Shown here one piece after another: positions 28,015-37,246 of a stretch of DNA of 64,000 bases. A program made the translations under genes and the position numbers. Origin of the DNA: Thermoplasmata archaeon (GTDB taxonomy: Archaea > Thermoplasmatota > Thermoplasmata > Lutacidiplasmatales > UBA184); contig JAKASE010000009.1 of NCBI GenBank assembly GCA_021819135.1, positions 15,408 to 79,407 on the forward strand, written 5' to 3'. A model generated the notes under the pieces. The model was given only the letters and a program-made list of their open reading frames with translations. It made no database searches and had not been told where the DNA came from. Each line of letters opens with the position of its first letter. The first letter of the stretch is position 1.

Positions 28015-30396
28015 GTGTCCGCACCGGCCGATCGGGACCGGCCGCCCTCTGGCGGGGCGTGCTGGGAGTTCGGGCCAGGGCTCCCCGAGGCCCCGAGGAG
28101 GGACCGGATCGCCGAATTCCGCAGCGGTGTCCGGACGGCGCTCCGAGTCGCCCACGGCTCCGGGGCATCGTTCTCGCTCCGCATCGTTTCGGGTCCGGAA
28201 CCTCGCGCCGACCTCACGGTCCAGCGCCCGGCGGAACAACGCTGGGCGAGGCGGGCCCTGCTCGCATGCTATCCACCCCACGCGTGGACCGAGGTCCGTA
28301 GGGACGACGGAGGCACGGTCGGGACCCCGGAAGCACGGTTCGCCCGTCGCCTTCGGTCCTGGCAGACCCCGCTCGGGGATCCCGCGGAGGCGCGATCGCT
28401 CTTCGACGCGCTCGTGCTCGCATTCGGGAGCCTCCCGCCCGGGCTATCGCTCGAGCTCGGCGCACGGCCGTTACCGCTGCGACGCCCTCCCTGGTGGGAG
28501 CTCGCGCTCGGATCGGGACCGCCAACCCCCACGACCGAGCGCCCGCCGGCGCTCGGCCGAGCTCCCCGTCCTCCGCCGGGCCCTCCGCCGATCCTTCCCC
28601 GTCCGCTCCTGTGGAACCTTCGGGTCCGCCTCGCGGGACGGCGGTCGATCGATGCCGCGGCGCGTACCGTCGAGCACGTCACCCACGTGGGGACCGACAA
28701 CGGCATCGTCTTCGGCCACTGGCCCCGAAGCATCGGGTCCCGGGGATTCGAGGTCACGGACGAGGAGCTCGTCCTCTTCCTGCCCGGGCCGGAGTGCCCG
28801 GCGATATTCCGGCCTCTCCCGCCGCCGCCGGGGAGCTCCCTCCTTCCCCTCGGACGGACCCGGTCCGGGGCGGTCGTAGGCATCCCGCTCGAGGGTCGAC
28901 AGGGACGCCACCTCGCCATCCTCGGGGAGACCGGGATGGGGAAGAGCTCCCTGCTCGTCGCCCTCGCCCATCGGATGGGCCGGGACCACGGGATCGTGCT
29001 GCTCGACCCGGTCGGGGAGACGGCGGAGGCGTTCGACCGCCATATCGACCCGCGAGCGCTCGGTACGAGGTACCTTCGCATCGACCCGGTCCTCTCGCCG
29101 GTCCGGGTCAACGCGCTCGAAGGGATCGGCCCTCCCGAGGTCGACTCGACCCGATCGGAGCGGCGCCTCAACGACCTCGTGCACGCGTTCCGCCGGGTCC
29201 GCGCCGGCCGGTATGCGGGAGGCTTCTGGGGTCCGCGCATCGATGAGATGGTCACGCGGGCGCTCCGCGCGGCCGCGGTGATCGAGAAGGGAACGATCGC
29301 CGATGCCCACGCCCTCCTGGCCACGGGGGGACGCACCTACCGGGACCTGCCTCCGGCATCGCTCGGTCCGATGCGCGAGCTCGCCGAACGGATCCGCGAG
29401 CGACCGGACGACGCCGAGGGGGCCCGTCGGCTGCTCTACGAGCTCGTCCGGAGCGCCACCCTCGAGCGGATGCTCTCGGCCCGGGACCCGGATCTCTCGA
29501 TCGACGATCTGGTGGCCCCGGGCCGGGTCGTCGTGATCTCGGGCCACGCCGCCCGGGTCGGCGAATCGACCGCCCGGTACCTCCTTTCCGTGTACCTCGC
29601 GCTCGTCTGGTCGTCCCTCCTCGCGCAGCGCGTCCCGGCGAAGACGTTCGTCCTGCTCGATGAGGCGCAGTGGTTCGCGCACGAGAGCCTCGCCGAGATG
29701 CTGACGCTCGGCCGCAAGCGGAACGTCCACGTCGTCCTGGCGACGCAATCGGTCGGGTCGCTCGAGCCGGAGTCTCTGCCGCCGGCAGTGTGGACGAACG
29801 TCGCGGACTTCGTCGCCTTTCGGGGCTCACCGGCCGAGGCGAAGGAGTTCGCGGCGCTCACGGTCGGCATCACCCCCGAGCAGTTGCTCGCCCTCCCGCG
29901 AGGGGAGGCCGCGGCCCTCCGGGGGAAGGGGACCTCCGTCCGCTGGATCCGGACCGCCCGCCTTCCGTCGCGGGAGCCCGTCGGAGAGCCGAGCCGCCCC
30001 GCCACGGACTCCCGTCCGAGCCCGGGGCCAGGACGGGCCTTCGAACGCTCGAGTGAGGCACCGGCCAGCCCCCCGCACGGGGCGCCTTCGCCGGGCGACG
30101 CGACGCCACCGACGGGTGAGGAGTCCCTCGTCGAGCATCTTCGAGCGCGGGCGGGGGGGACGGACCCGGGGGCGCTGCTGCGCGTCCCGCTCGACGAGCT
30201 CCGGGCCCGCGCGGGCTCGGACGAGGGGGTCGTCCGCCGGGTCGGCGGTCGGCTGGGACGGACCGGGGCCCTCGTTCGACGCGAGGAGGGCCCGGACGGG
30301 GGGGTCTGGGTGATCGATCCGACCCGGCTCCCGCCCCCGGGCGACATGCCCGAAGGGGGAACCGACCGGGGAGGTTCTTCCCCACGACAATCATAA
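28015..30396 (+). CDS. VirD4/TraG/HerA-FtsK superfamily ATPase
   Basis: HLAILGETGMGKS Walker A, LLDP.G, VLLDEAQ Walker B, RKRNV..VLATQ and LALPRG. Confidence 0.8.
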   Translation: MSAPADRDRPPSGGACWEFGPGLPEAPRRDRIAEFRSGVRTALRVAHGSGASFSLRIVSGPEPRADLTVQRPAEQRWARRALLACYPPHAWTEVRRDDGGTVGTPEARFARRLRSWQTPLGDPAEARSLFDALVLAFGSLPPGLSLELGARPLPLRRPPWWELALGSGPPTPTTERPPALGRAPRPPPGPPPILPRPLLWNLRVRLAGRRSIDAAARTVEHVTHVGTDNGIVFGHWPRSIGSRGFEVTDEELVLFLPGPECPAIFRPLPPPPGSSLLPLGRTRSGAVVGIPLEGRQGRHLAILGETGMGKSSLLVALAHRMGRDHGIVLLDPVGETAEAFDRHIDPRALGTRYLRIDPVLSPVRVNALEGIGPPEVDSTRSERRLNDLVHAFRRVRAGRYAGGFWGPRIDEMVTRALRAAAVIEKGTIADAHALLATGGRTYRDLPPASLGPMRELAERIRERPDDAEGARRLLYELVRSATLERMLSARDPDLSIDDLVAPGRVVVISGHAARVGESTARYLLSVYLALVWSSLLAQRVPAKTFVLLDEAQWFAHESLAEMLTLGRKRNVHVVLATQSVGSLEPESLPPAVWTNVADFVAFRGSPAEAKEFAALTVGITPEQLLALPRGEAAALRGKGTSVRWIRTARLPSREPVGEPSRPATDSRPSPGPGRAFERSSEAPASPPHGAPSPGDATPPTGEESLVEHLRARAGGTDPGALLRVPLDELRARAGSDEGVVRRVGGRLGRTGALVRREEGPDGGVWVIDPTRLPPPGDMPEGGTDRGGSSPRQS

Positions 30397-30423
30397 TAGG
30401 GTACGGAACGGCTCTCGCTACCG

Positions 30424-31257
30424 ATGGCATCGACAGTGGAGAGCCCTCCGACGGACTCCTCCCCTCCGCCGGTGCCGACCGAACCGAACCCGCCCGCGAC
30501 CCTGATGAGCGCGGCGAACGTCCTCGCCCGCTGCGCGACCGGGATCGAGGGACTCGACAATGTCCTGGAAGGCGGGATCCCGCGGGGCAACATGGTCCTC
30601 GTCGCCGGGAGCGTGGGCACCGGCAAGACGACCCTCTGCCTCGAGTTCCTCGTCCACGGCGCGGAACGGGGGGAGCGCTCGCTCTTCATCTCGGTCACCG
30701 AGTCGTCCTCGAAGCTCATCCAGAACCTCTCGACGTTCGAGTTCTTCCGACGGGACCTGATCGAGCAGGGCTCGCTGGTCTTCGTGGACCTGCCGGCGAT
30801 CTACGACCGCCTCGGGCTCGGTCGGGAGGAGATGACCTCGGAGGAGATCGACATCCTCATCCGGACGATCCGGGACATGGTGAAGTCCCTCGGGGTCCGG
30901 CGTCTCGTGCTCGACAGCCTCACGTCGGTATGCTACCGGATCCGGCGGGACGAGCAGATCCGCGATTTCATGCTCCGCCTCGGCCAGGAGCTCAACGAGC
31001 TCGGGTGCACCTCGCTCCTCGTCTCCGAGATCGGTCCGAACCCGGCCCGCTACTCCCTGCATGGGGTCGAGGAGGCGATCGTCGACGGGGTGATCCTCCT
31101 GTGGAACACGCGTCGGATGGGGGACATCCTCCGGGTCGTCCAGATCGTGAAGATGCGGGGGACCGCGCATTCGCGCGCGCAGTACGTCCTCGAGCTCACC
31201 CCGATCGGGATCCTGATGGCGCCCCACCTGAAGGGCGGGCGCGAGGGGGGCACCTAG
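30424..31257 (+). CDS. KaiC/RAD55-family ATPase (intact Walker A)
   Basis: TGIEGLD..LEGGIP, GSVGTGKT, LVLDSLT, VDGVILL and IVKMRGT. Confidence 0.92.
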   Translation: MASTVESPPTDSSPPPVPTEPNPPATLMSAANVLARCATGIEGLDNVLEGGIPRGNMVLVAGSVGTGKTTLCLEFLVHGAERGERSLFISVTESSSKLIQNLSTFEFFRRDLIEQGSLVFVDLPAIYDRLGLGREEMTSEEIDILIRTIRDMVKSLGVRRLVLDSLTSVCYRIRRDEQIRDFMLRLGQELNELGCTSLLVSEIGPNPARYSLHGVEEAIVDGVILLWNTRRMGDILRVVQIVKMRGTAHSRAQYVLELTPIGILMAPHLKGGREGGT

Positions 31258-31261
31258 TCCC

Positions 31262-31843
31262 GTGCCGCTCGACATCGGCGAGCGGCTCCGCTCGCTCCCG
31301 AGCGGGAGCGCGGTCGCCCTCAAGCTCGATCCGCGGGAGTACGCCGACCACTACTTCGCGGTGCTGAACGCGACCCTGCGTGACGTCGGGAGCGAGACGA
31401 ACGTCCACACGATCTACGTCGCGGTGACGAACCCCGCCGCGTTCGTCTGGTCGCTCGCGCAGGCGCTCGACGTGCCGATCGACCGGATCAGCTTCGTGGA
31501 CGCGATCAGCCACATCATGATGAACTACGCGAACTCGCTCCCGAACGCGACGTACGTCGACAGCCCGCGGGCGCTCGAGGAGATCATGCTGCGCGTGGAG
31601 TACCTCCTGCGGAAGTTCCCGCATCCCCGCTCGATCGTCGTCATCGACAGCGTGAACTCGCTCGCGATTCACAACCCGCCCGAGCTCCTCAGCGAGTTCT
31701 TCCACATCCTCCTCAACAATCTCAAGAGCCGTCCGGTCCTCACGCTCGTGCTCGAGACGTCGGAGGAAGAGGCGACCGGCGTCGAGCAGATGCTGAACCT
31801 CGTGGTCGACGAGACGATCGACGTCGCCCGCGCGGGTCGGTGA
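31262..31843 (+). CDS. Degenerate KaiC/RecA-fold protein (DUF835/DUF7504-like)
   Basis: FVDAIS, IVVIDSVNSL and VVDETI; no Walker A. Confidence 0.7.
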   Translation: MPLDIGERLRSLPSGSAVALKLDPREYADHYFAVLNATLRDVGSETNVHTIYVAVTNPAAFVWSLAQALDVPIDRISFVDAISHIMMNYANSLPNATYVDSPRALEEIMLRVEYLLRKFPHPRSIVVIDSVNSLAIHNPPELLSEFFHILLNNLKSRPVLTLVLETSEEEATGVEQMLNLVVDETIDVARAGR

Positions 31844-31850
31844 ACTCCTG

Positions 31851-32633
31851 ATGGTCGAGACGCAGAACATCTTCGGGATCCCCGAGGTCGACACCCCGCT
31901 CTCGACGGCGCTGCCGTTGGGATGGCTCGCGCTCCTGAGCGGGACCTCCGGCTCGGGGGCCCCCCTGCTCGCGAAACAGTTCGCCCACGCCGGCGTCGGG
32001 AGCGTCCCGGTCCTGTTCTACACGACCTACGAGCGGACCGCCGACGTCCGCTCGACGTTCGAGGACCTCGGGTGGGACCCGACCTCGGTCACGGTCGTCA
32101 ACCTCGCGGACGAGTACTACGAGCGGGTCCTCGTCCGGGGCCTCGACGTCGCCCGGGCCCGGGAGGTCGGGCTCTCGATCGAGGAGATCATGGAGATGCG
32201 CCCCGCCAGCGCGACGCTCGGCTCGTTCAGCCTGACGAACCGGATGCTGAGCGACCTCGCCGCGATCGACAGCCCGTTCCGGCTCGTGGTCGACTCGATC
32301 GACTTCTTCTTCGAGGTCCTCGAGCCGCAGGACGTCACCATGGTCGCCCGCCAGATCCGCCACCGGTGCCAGACGATCGGCGGTCAGGCGCTCCTCACCG
32401 CGCACTCGATCGCGCACGACCGGGCGGTCTTCGGCCTCCTCCAGGACCTCGCCGACGTCGTGTTCGAGCTCAAGGGGGAGCCTCGCGGGGACCACTACGA
32501 CCACGCGCTGTATCTCGAGAAGATCGCGAACCGTCCGGACCTCACCCACATCTGGGACGCGATCGTCGGGGAGTCCGGCTGGCACGTCGAACCCCGGAAG
32601 ATGCCCCGGGGCGACAAGATACCCTCGGCGTAA
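31851..32633 (+). CDS. KaiC/RAD55-family protein with degenerate Walker A
   Basis: GIPEVD, GTSGSGAP (no GKT), LVVDSID and LADVVFEL. Confidence 0.85.
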   Translation: MVETQNIFGIPEVDTPLSTALPLGWLALLSGTSGSGAPLLAKQFAHAGVGSVPVLFYTTYERTADVRSTFEDLGWDPTSVTVVNLADEYYERVLVRGLDVARAREVGLSIEEIMEMRPASATLGSFSLTNRMLSDLAAIDSPFRLVVDSIDFFFEVLEPQDVTMVARQIRHRCQTIGGQALLTAHSIAHDRAVFGLLQDLADVVFELKGEPRGDHYDHALYLEKIANRPDLTHIWDAIVGESGWHVEPRKMPRGDKIPSA

Positions 32634-32681
32634 GCCAACCTTTAAGGCGGCCCCGCGGCTCCTTGCCGCGAGGCAGGGACC

Positions 32682-33467
32682 GTGGAGGACGTCGTCATCC
32701 GGACGCTCGATCAGGTCGAGCTCCGCGACCCGATCCTCGTGGAAGGGCTCCCCGGGGTCGGGAACGTCGGGAAGCTCGCGGCGGACTACCTGCGTGAGCA
32801 GCTCGGCGCGAAGCCGCTCGCGACCGTCTATTCGAAGTTCTTTCCCCCCCAGGTCTACGTCTCGGAAGAGGGGATCATCCGGCTCGTCTCGAACGACCTG
32901 TACTACTGGCGGGCGCCTGCGAGCGCCCACCATGACGTCCTCATCCTGGGCGGGGACTACCAGGGGATCAGCCCCGAGGGCCAGTACGAGATCACGCACC
33001 GCGTCCTCGACTACTGCCACGGGCTCGGCGTCCGGGAGGTCTTCACGCTCGCCGGCTTCGCCCAGGGGCGGGTCGTGGAGACGCCCCGGGTGCTGGGCGC
33101 GGCCACCCTGCCGACCCGAGTCGAGTCGCTCAAGAAGCACGGGGTGGTCTTCTCCCGGAACGATCCGGGCGGGGGGCTCATCGGGGCGAGCGGGCTGTTC
33201 CTCGGCCTCGGTCGCCTGTTCGGGATGGAGGGGGCCTGCCTGATGGGGGAGACGAGCGGCTATTTTGTCGACCCACGGAGCGCGGAGGCCGTCCTCAAGG
33301 TCCTGGGACGGGTCCTCGAGGTCCCGATCGACTTCGCCGCGCTCGAGGCGAAGGCGCAGGAGATCGACCGCATCGCCCAGAAGATCCACGAGGCCGAGCA
33401 GCGGACCGCCGAGCCGACGTCCGCGACGGGTCCCGCCTCCCGCGAGGACCTCGGATACATCGGCTAG
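32682..33467 (+). CDS. Proteasome assembly chaperone, PAC2 family
   Basis: EGLPGVGNVGKLA, FPPQV, GASGL and GETSGYFVDP. Confidence 0.93.
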   Translation: MEDVVIRTLDQVELRDPILVEGLPGVGNVGKLAADYLREQLGAKPLATVYSKFFPPQVYVSEEGIIRLVSNDLYYWRAPASAHHDVLILGGDYQGISPEGQYEITHRVLDYCHGLGVREVFTLAGFAQGRVVETPRVLGAATLPTRVESLKKHGVVFSRNDPGGGLIGASGLFLGLGRLFGMEGACLMGETSGYFVDPRSAEAVLKVLGRVLEVPIDFAALEAKAQEIDRIAQKIHEAEQRTAEPTSATGPASREDLGYIG

Positions 33468-33477
33468 AGCCCCGTCC

Positions 33478-34638
33478 GTGCCCGATCGGGACGCGGGACC
33501 GAGGGCCCCCAGCGCTTCCCGGACCGACGACCCCGAACGGGCCCGGCGCCTCCTCGATCATCTCGCGCGTGAGCCGCGGTCCGACGCGTTCATCCCGTTC
33601 GACCGGTTCATGGAGCTCGCCCTCTACGCGGAGGACGCCGGCTTCTACGCCACCGACCGCTCCCCCCTCGGTGCCGAGGGCGACTACTACACGGCCGCCC
33701 ACGCGTCTCCCCTCTTCGGGCAGACGATCGCCGCCCACCTGGCCGCGGTGCATCACGCGCTCGGCCGAGACCGGCCGTTCCGGGTCGTCGAGCTCGGGCC
33801 CGGGGACGGCACGCTCGCCCGCACCGTGCTCGAATCGTTCGGGTCCGGCGAGCGCCTCGGGGGCGAGATCGAGTACGCCCTCGTCGAGCGCTCGGAGCGA
33901 CTCGCCGAACGGGCGTACCGCGAGACTGACGCCGCCGCTCACCGCGCCGGGATTCCGCTCCGCGTCCGGGGATCGGTCGGCGAGGAAGGGCCGTTCGAGG
34001 GGGTCGTACTCGCGAACGAGGTGCTCGACGCCCAGCCGGCGCGCCGCCTCCGATGGACCGGCACGGCGTGGCGCGAGCTTGGCGTACGGATCGAGGCCGG
34101 CCGAGTCGTTCCGGCCGAAGCGCCGCCGCTCCCGGTCCCGCCTCCCGAGCTTCCGGTGCCCTCCGAGGTCGGGACGATACTCGAGATCTCTCCCGCAGCC
34201 GAGGCCCTGGTCCGGGAGGTCGGCGACCATCTCGTCCGCGGGGCGTTCGTGCTGTTCGATTATGGGATGGAGGAGGCCGAGCTCCTGAAGGGGCACCCAA
34301 GCGGCACCCTCGCCGCGGTCCGAGGCCACCGGGCGGGGATCGATCCGTTCGAGGCCCCCGGGACCGCCGACCTCTCGATGTTCGTCAACTTCGGTCGGAT
34401 CCGCTACGCATCGCGGAGGGCCGGGCTCGAGGAGGCCGCCTACTGCTCCCAGGCCGAGGCGCTCGGGCTCTGGGGCCTCTCGGCCCGGATCGAGGAGGCG
34501 ATGCAGACCGCCCCCTCCCCGGCGGAAGAGGTCCGGCTCCGCCTCTCGGCGAAGAACCTCATGTTCGGCTTCGACACCTTCCGACTCCTCGAACTCGCGC
34601 CGCCGGCGAGCGCCGCGGCCATCCGGTCGGTCACGTAG
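33478..34638 (+). CDS. MidA/NDUFAF7-like SAM-dependent methyltransferase
   Basis: FMELALY..GFY, GDYYTA, VELGPGDGTL, ANEVLDA, DYG and PGTADLS. Confidence 0.9.
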   Translation: MPDRDAGPRAPSASRTDDPERARRLLDHLAREPRSDAFIPFDRFMELALYAEDAGFYATDRSPLGAEGDYYTAAHASPLFGQTIAAHLAAVHHALGRDRPFRVVELGPGDGTLARTVLESFGSGERLGGEIEYALVERSERLAERAYRETDAAAHRAGIPLRVRGSVGEEGPFEGVVLANEVLDAQPARRLRWTGTAWRELGVRIEAGRVVPAEAPPLPVPPPELPVPSEVGTILEISPAAEALVREVGDHLVRGAFVLFDYGMEEAELLKGHPSGTLAAVRGHRAGIDPFEAPGTADLSMFVNFGRIRYASRRAGLEEAAYCSQAEALGLWGLSARIEEAMQTAPSPAEEVRLRLSAKNLMFGFDTFRLLELAPPASAAAIRSVT

Positions 34639-35320
34639 TGGGCCGCTCGGGTCCGACGGAGACCGGCTCTGCGACCGCGGCGTCGATCAGAAGCTTCGCG
34701 ATCTCGGCCGGTAGCGAGACGAGGTCGTCGGTGCGCAGGTCGAGCGTCTCCACCCCGACCTCGATCGGTCGACCGCCCTTCAGGATCCGCAGGTACCGGA
34801 GATCGGTTCGGGGCAGGCCCGGCTTCGCTGCCGGCGGCGGGGTCGCCGGAGGCGTGGGAGCCGGAGCGGAAGGGGCGGGAGGAAGGGATGGCGGGGGCGG
34901 TGTGCGGGCCGTCGGGCCGGGAGCCGCCGCAGCCCCCGAAGGCTCGAGGTACGGGGCCGCGGTGCGCCGGTGCTCGAGGATGGCCCGGAGCACCTGGTCG
35001 AACAGGGACCGCTCCTCGCTGAGAGCGTTCGGAAGATCCCGGGCCCCTCCGATGCTCGCCTGGAACGCGGCGGTCACGACCTTTTGGGCGCGTCCCTCAA
35101 CGACATCCCGCGCGAGCTGGCTCGCCCGCTGGTAGGTCTGTCGGGCGAGCTCCCCTTTCCGGCCCGAGGGGTTCTCGCGCAGGTCCGCCTCGTAGCTCCG
35201 TCGGACCTCGGCGAGGTACGCGGCGGTGGTCGCGTAGAAGTCGTGCGGGAGCTTCGAGAGCCCCCGGACCGCGGATTCGTTCCGCCGCCATTCGAGGAGG
35301 AGTGAGAATTGGTCGGGCAT
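34631..35320 (-). CDS. GINS complex subunit (Gins51-like)
   Basis: LSKLPHDFY, R..K, L..EE..LF; Pro-rich linker; C-terminal B domain DLVSLP..IAKLLI. Confidence 0.8.
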   Translation of the reverse strand: MPDQFSLLLEWRRNESAVRGLSKLPHDFYATTAAYLAEVRRSYEADLRENPSGRKGELARQTYQRASQLARDVVEGRAQKVVTAAFQASIGGARDLPNALSEERSLFDQVLRAILEHRRTAAPYLEPSGAAAAPGPTARTPPPPSLPPAPSAPAPTPPATPPPAAKPGLPRTDLRYLRILKGGRPIEVGVETLDLRTDDLVSLPAEIAKLLIDAAVAEPVSVGPERPTT

Positions 35321-35623
35321 CTCCGGGTCCGCGAGCGCCTCCCACTCCACATAGGTATACTTCGTTGGCGGTCATCGCTCGGTGGGGCGGAGGACCCCCT
35401 TGCGGGACCGAGCGCCTTCCGCCCCGTTCTCCATGCGATCACGCCTCCGGCCGGACCGCAGAGGAAGGAGGAACATGCGGAGAACGGAGCCGGCCCCCTC
35501 GGGACAGGGCACCTGCGCACGCTCCACGACACCATACGCAATATGCTGCGAAATACACCATTTTTATACGCGGAAACCGCGCCAGGCGCAAGGCACGGCG
35601 TATGGAATGTCGTCCCGGACCTC

Positions 35624-36688
35624 GTGCGCACCGCGCCCCGGGTCGCTCTCAACGAGACCGAGCGAAGGATCCTCACCGGGTGGGCCAACCCCTCCGGGTC
35701 GCCGGATGCGCGGACCGTTCGGGCCCGGATCATCCTCGCCGCCTCCGAAAGACGCTCGAACCGGGAGATCGCGATGGCCCTGGGGCTCTCTCCCTCGACC
35801 GTCGGACGTTGGCGGAGACGGTTCGCGGTCTACGGACTGCGGGGGATACGGTATTCGGCTCCCCCCGCGCGGCTTCCGTCGACCGCTCGGGCCCGCCGGG
35901 AGCGCCGGGTCCTCCGCACGCTGCTCTCGCGGCCGCCTCCCGGAGCGCGGTGGAGCGTGCGGAGTCTCGCCCGGCACCTCGGGCTGAACCACATGTTCGT
36001 GTTCCGTACCTTGCGAAAGTACGGCTACGAACCGCGGACCGCGCTCCAGCGACGCGGCGAGCGGAGGGCGCGTTCGCTCGACGTGACCGGCCTCTACCTG
36101 GGGCCCCTGACCCGGGGGATCGCGTTCGCCCGAGGCCTTCCCGCTCCATCGCCCAGCGTGGGGACTCCGCCGGGCGCGACCGCCTCCGGGTCGCTCCCGA
36201 GCGACCCGCTCCTTCGCTCGGTCGGGGACGCGCGCGGGGAGTTCGAGTGGTTGCTGGCGGAGTCCTCCCGGATGCTGCGGTGGGGCGGCGAGCGGTCGCT
36301 CCGGGCCGCGCGGTACGACCTCTTGATCTTCCTCCAGGCCCTGGAGCGTTCCGTTCACGGCGCCACATCCTTCGAGGCGATCGTCTTCTCGCAGGACCCG
36401 ATGGTCCGGCAGCGGGCGGAGCGGTGGCTCTCCGCGCATCCGCGCTGGCGCCTCGCCTGGGCCGACTCCCTCGCAGAGTGGACGGAAGCCGTCGAGCGGA
36501 TGCTCCCGGGTCCCCGCCCCGGGAACGCCCGTCGCGCGACGCTTGGCTCGATCGACTCGCTCTTCGCCGGCGTGACCCGGGCCGCGGGCCGGACGGGGCC
36601 CGACCCGGACTCCCTCGTCTGGATGTGGAGATCCCCCGCGCCGTCGCTCGTTCCGGCGCGACCGGCGGTCCCGGACCCTCATCGGTGA
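35624..36688 (+). CDS. IS630-transposase-derived HTH protein, catalytic Asp residues apparently lost
   Basis: RARIILA..NREIA..LG..TVGRWRRRF, WSVRSLA, DVTGLYL, WLSAHPRW and VER; start uncertain (35543 or 35624). Confidence 0.75.
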   Translation: MRTAPRVALNETERRILTGWANPSGSPDARTVRARIILAASERRSNREIAMALGLSPSTVGRWRRRFAVYGLRGIRYSAPPARLPSTARARRERRVLRTLLSRPPPGARWSVRSLARHLGLNHMFVFRTLRKYGYEPRTALQRRGERRARSLDVTGLYLGPLTRGIAFARGLPAPSPSVGTPPGATASGSLPSDPLLRSVGDARGEFEWLLAESSRMLRWGGERSLRAARYDLLIFLQALERSVHGATSFEAIVFSQDPMVRQRAERWLSAHPRWRLAWADSLAEWTEAVERMLPGPRPGNARRATLGSIDSLFAGVTRAAGRTGPDPDSLVWMWRSPAPSLVPARPAVPDPHR

Positions 36689-36728
36689 CGGGCGCCGCAT
36701 CGCTCGGGTCGGCGGGATCGGGGGTCCG

Positions 36729-37178
36729 TTACCGGTCGGGGGACCGGACGAACTGGTCGAGGGTGCCGCCCAGTTGTTCGGCGATACGACGGGCCCAGCC
36801 GTACAGTCCCTCGACGTGGACGAGCTCGCCGCGCAGGATGTGGGCGAAGCGACGCCGGTACTCGAGATCGAGATCGACCCGCTCCGCCTCGAGGAACCCC
36901 TTGAGCCGCCGGGCGAACTGGCCGCCCTCCGCGTCCCAGTCGGTCAGCAGGATCACGGGGCGGCTCTGGCCGACGAGCCGGTGGGCGGTCTTCGATAGGG
37001 TCTCTCCGCGGTGGATCAGAAGGATCGGCCCGTCGAGGCCGAGACGACGCAGCGCGCGCCGGTCCCGTTCCCCTTCGACGACGACGACCGCCCCCTCCTC
37101 CTCGCTCGCGCTCTTGAGCTTCTGCCAGAGCTCGACGAACGCTTCGAACGCCGCCTCGGCATCCCGTCCGTTGCGCAT
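36729..37178 (-). CDS. Small Toprim-domain protein
   Basis: VVVEGERD..AL, ILLTDWD.EG and HVEGL. Confidence 0.88.
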   Translation of the reverse strand: MRNGRDAEAAFEAFVELWQKLKSASEEEGAVVVVEGERDRRALRRLGLDGPILLIHRGETLSKTAHRLVGQSRPVILLTDWDAEGGQFARRLKGFLEAERVDLDLEYRRRFAHILRGELVHVEGLYGWARRIAEQLGGTLDQFVRSPDR

Positions 37179-37246
37179 CGTCCCGAAGGTCCACGCCCCG
37201 GTCGGACCGGGTCGGCGCGTTCCGCGAACGGGAGAGCCCGGGGGGA

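Noticed and set aside
35350-36730. Active IS630 insertion sequence
   Set aside because: No terminal inverted repeats or TA duplication recognised and the catalytic Asp residues appear absent; reported instead as a derived gene
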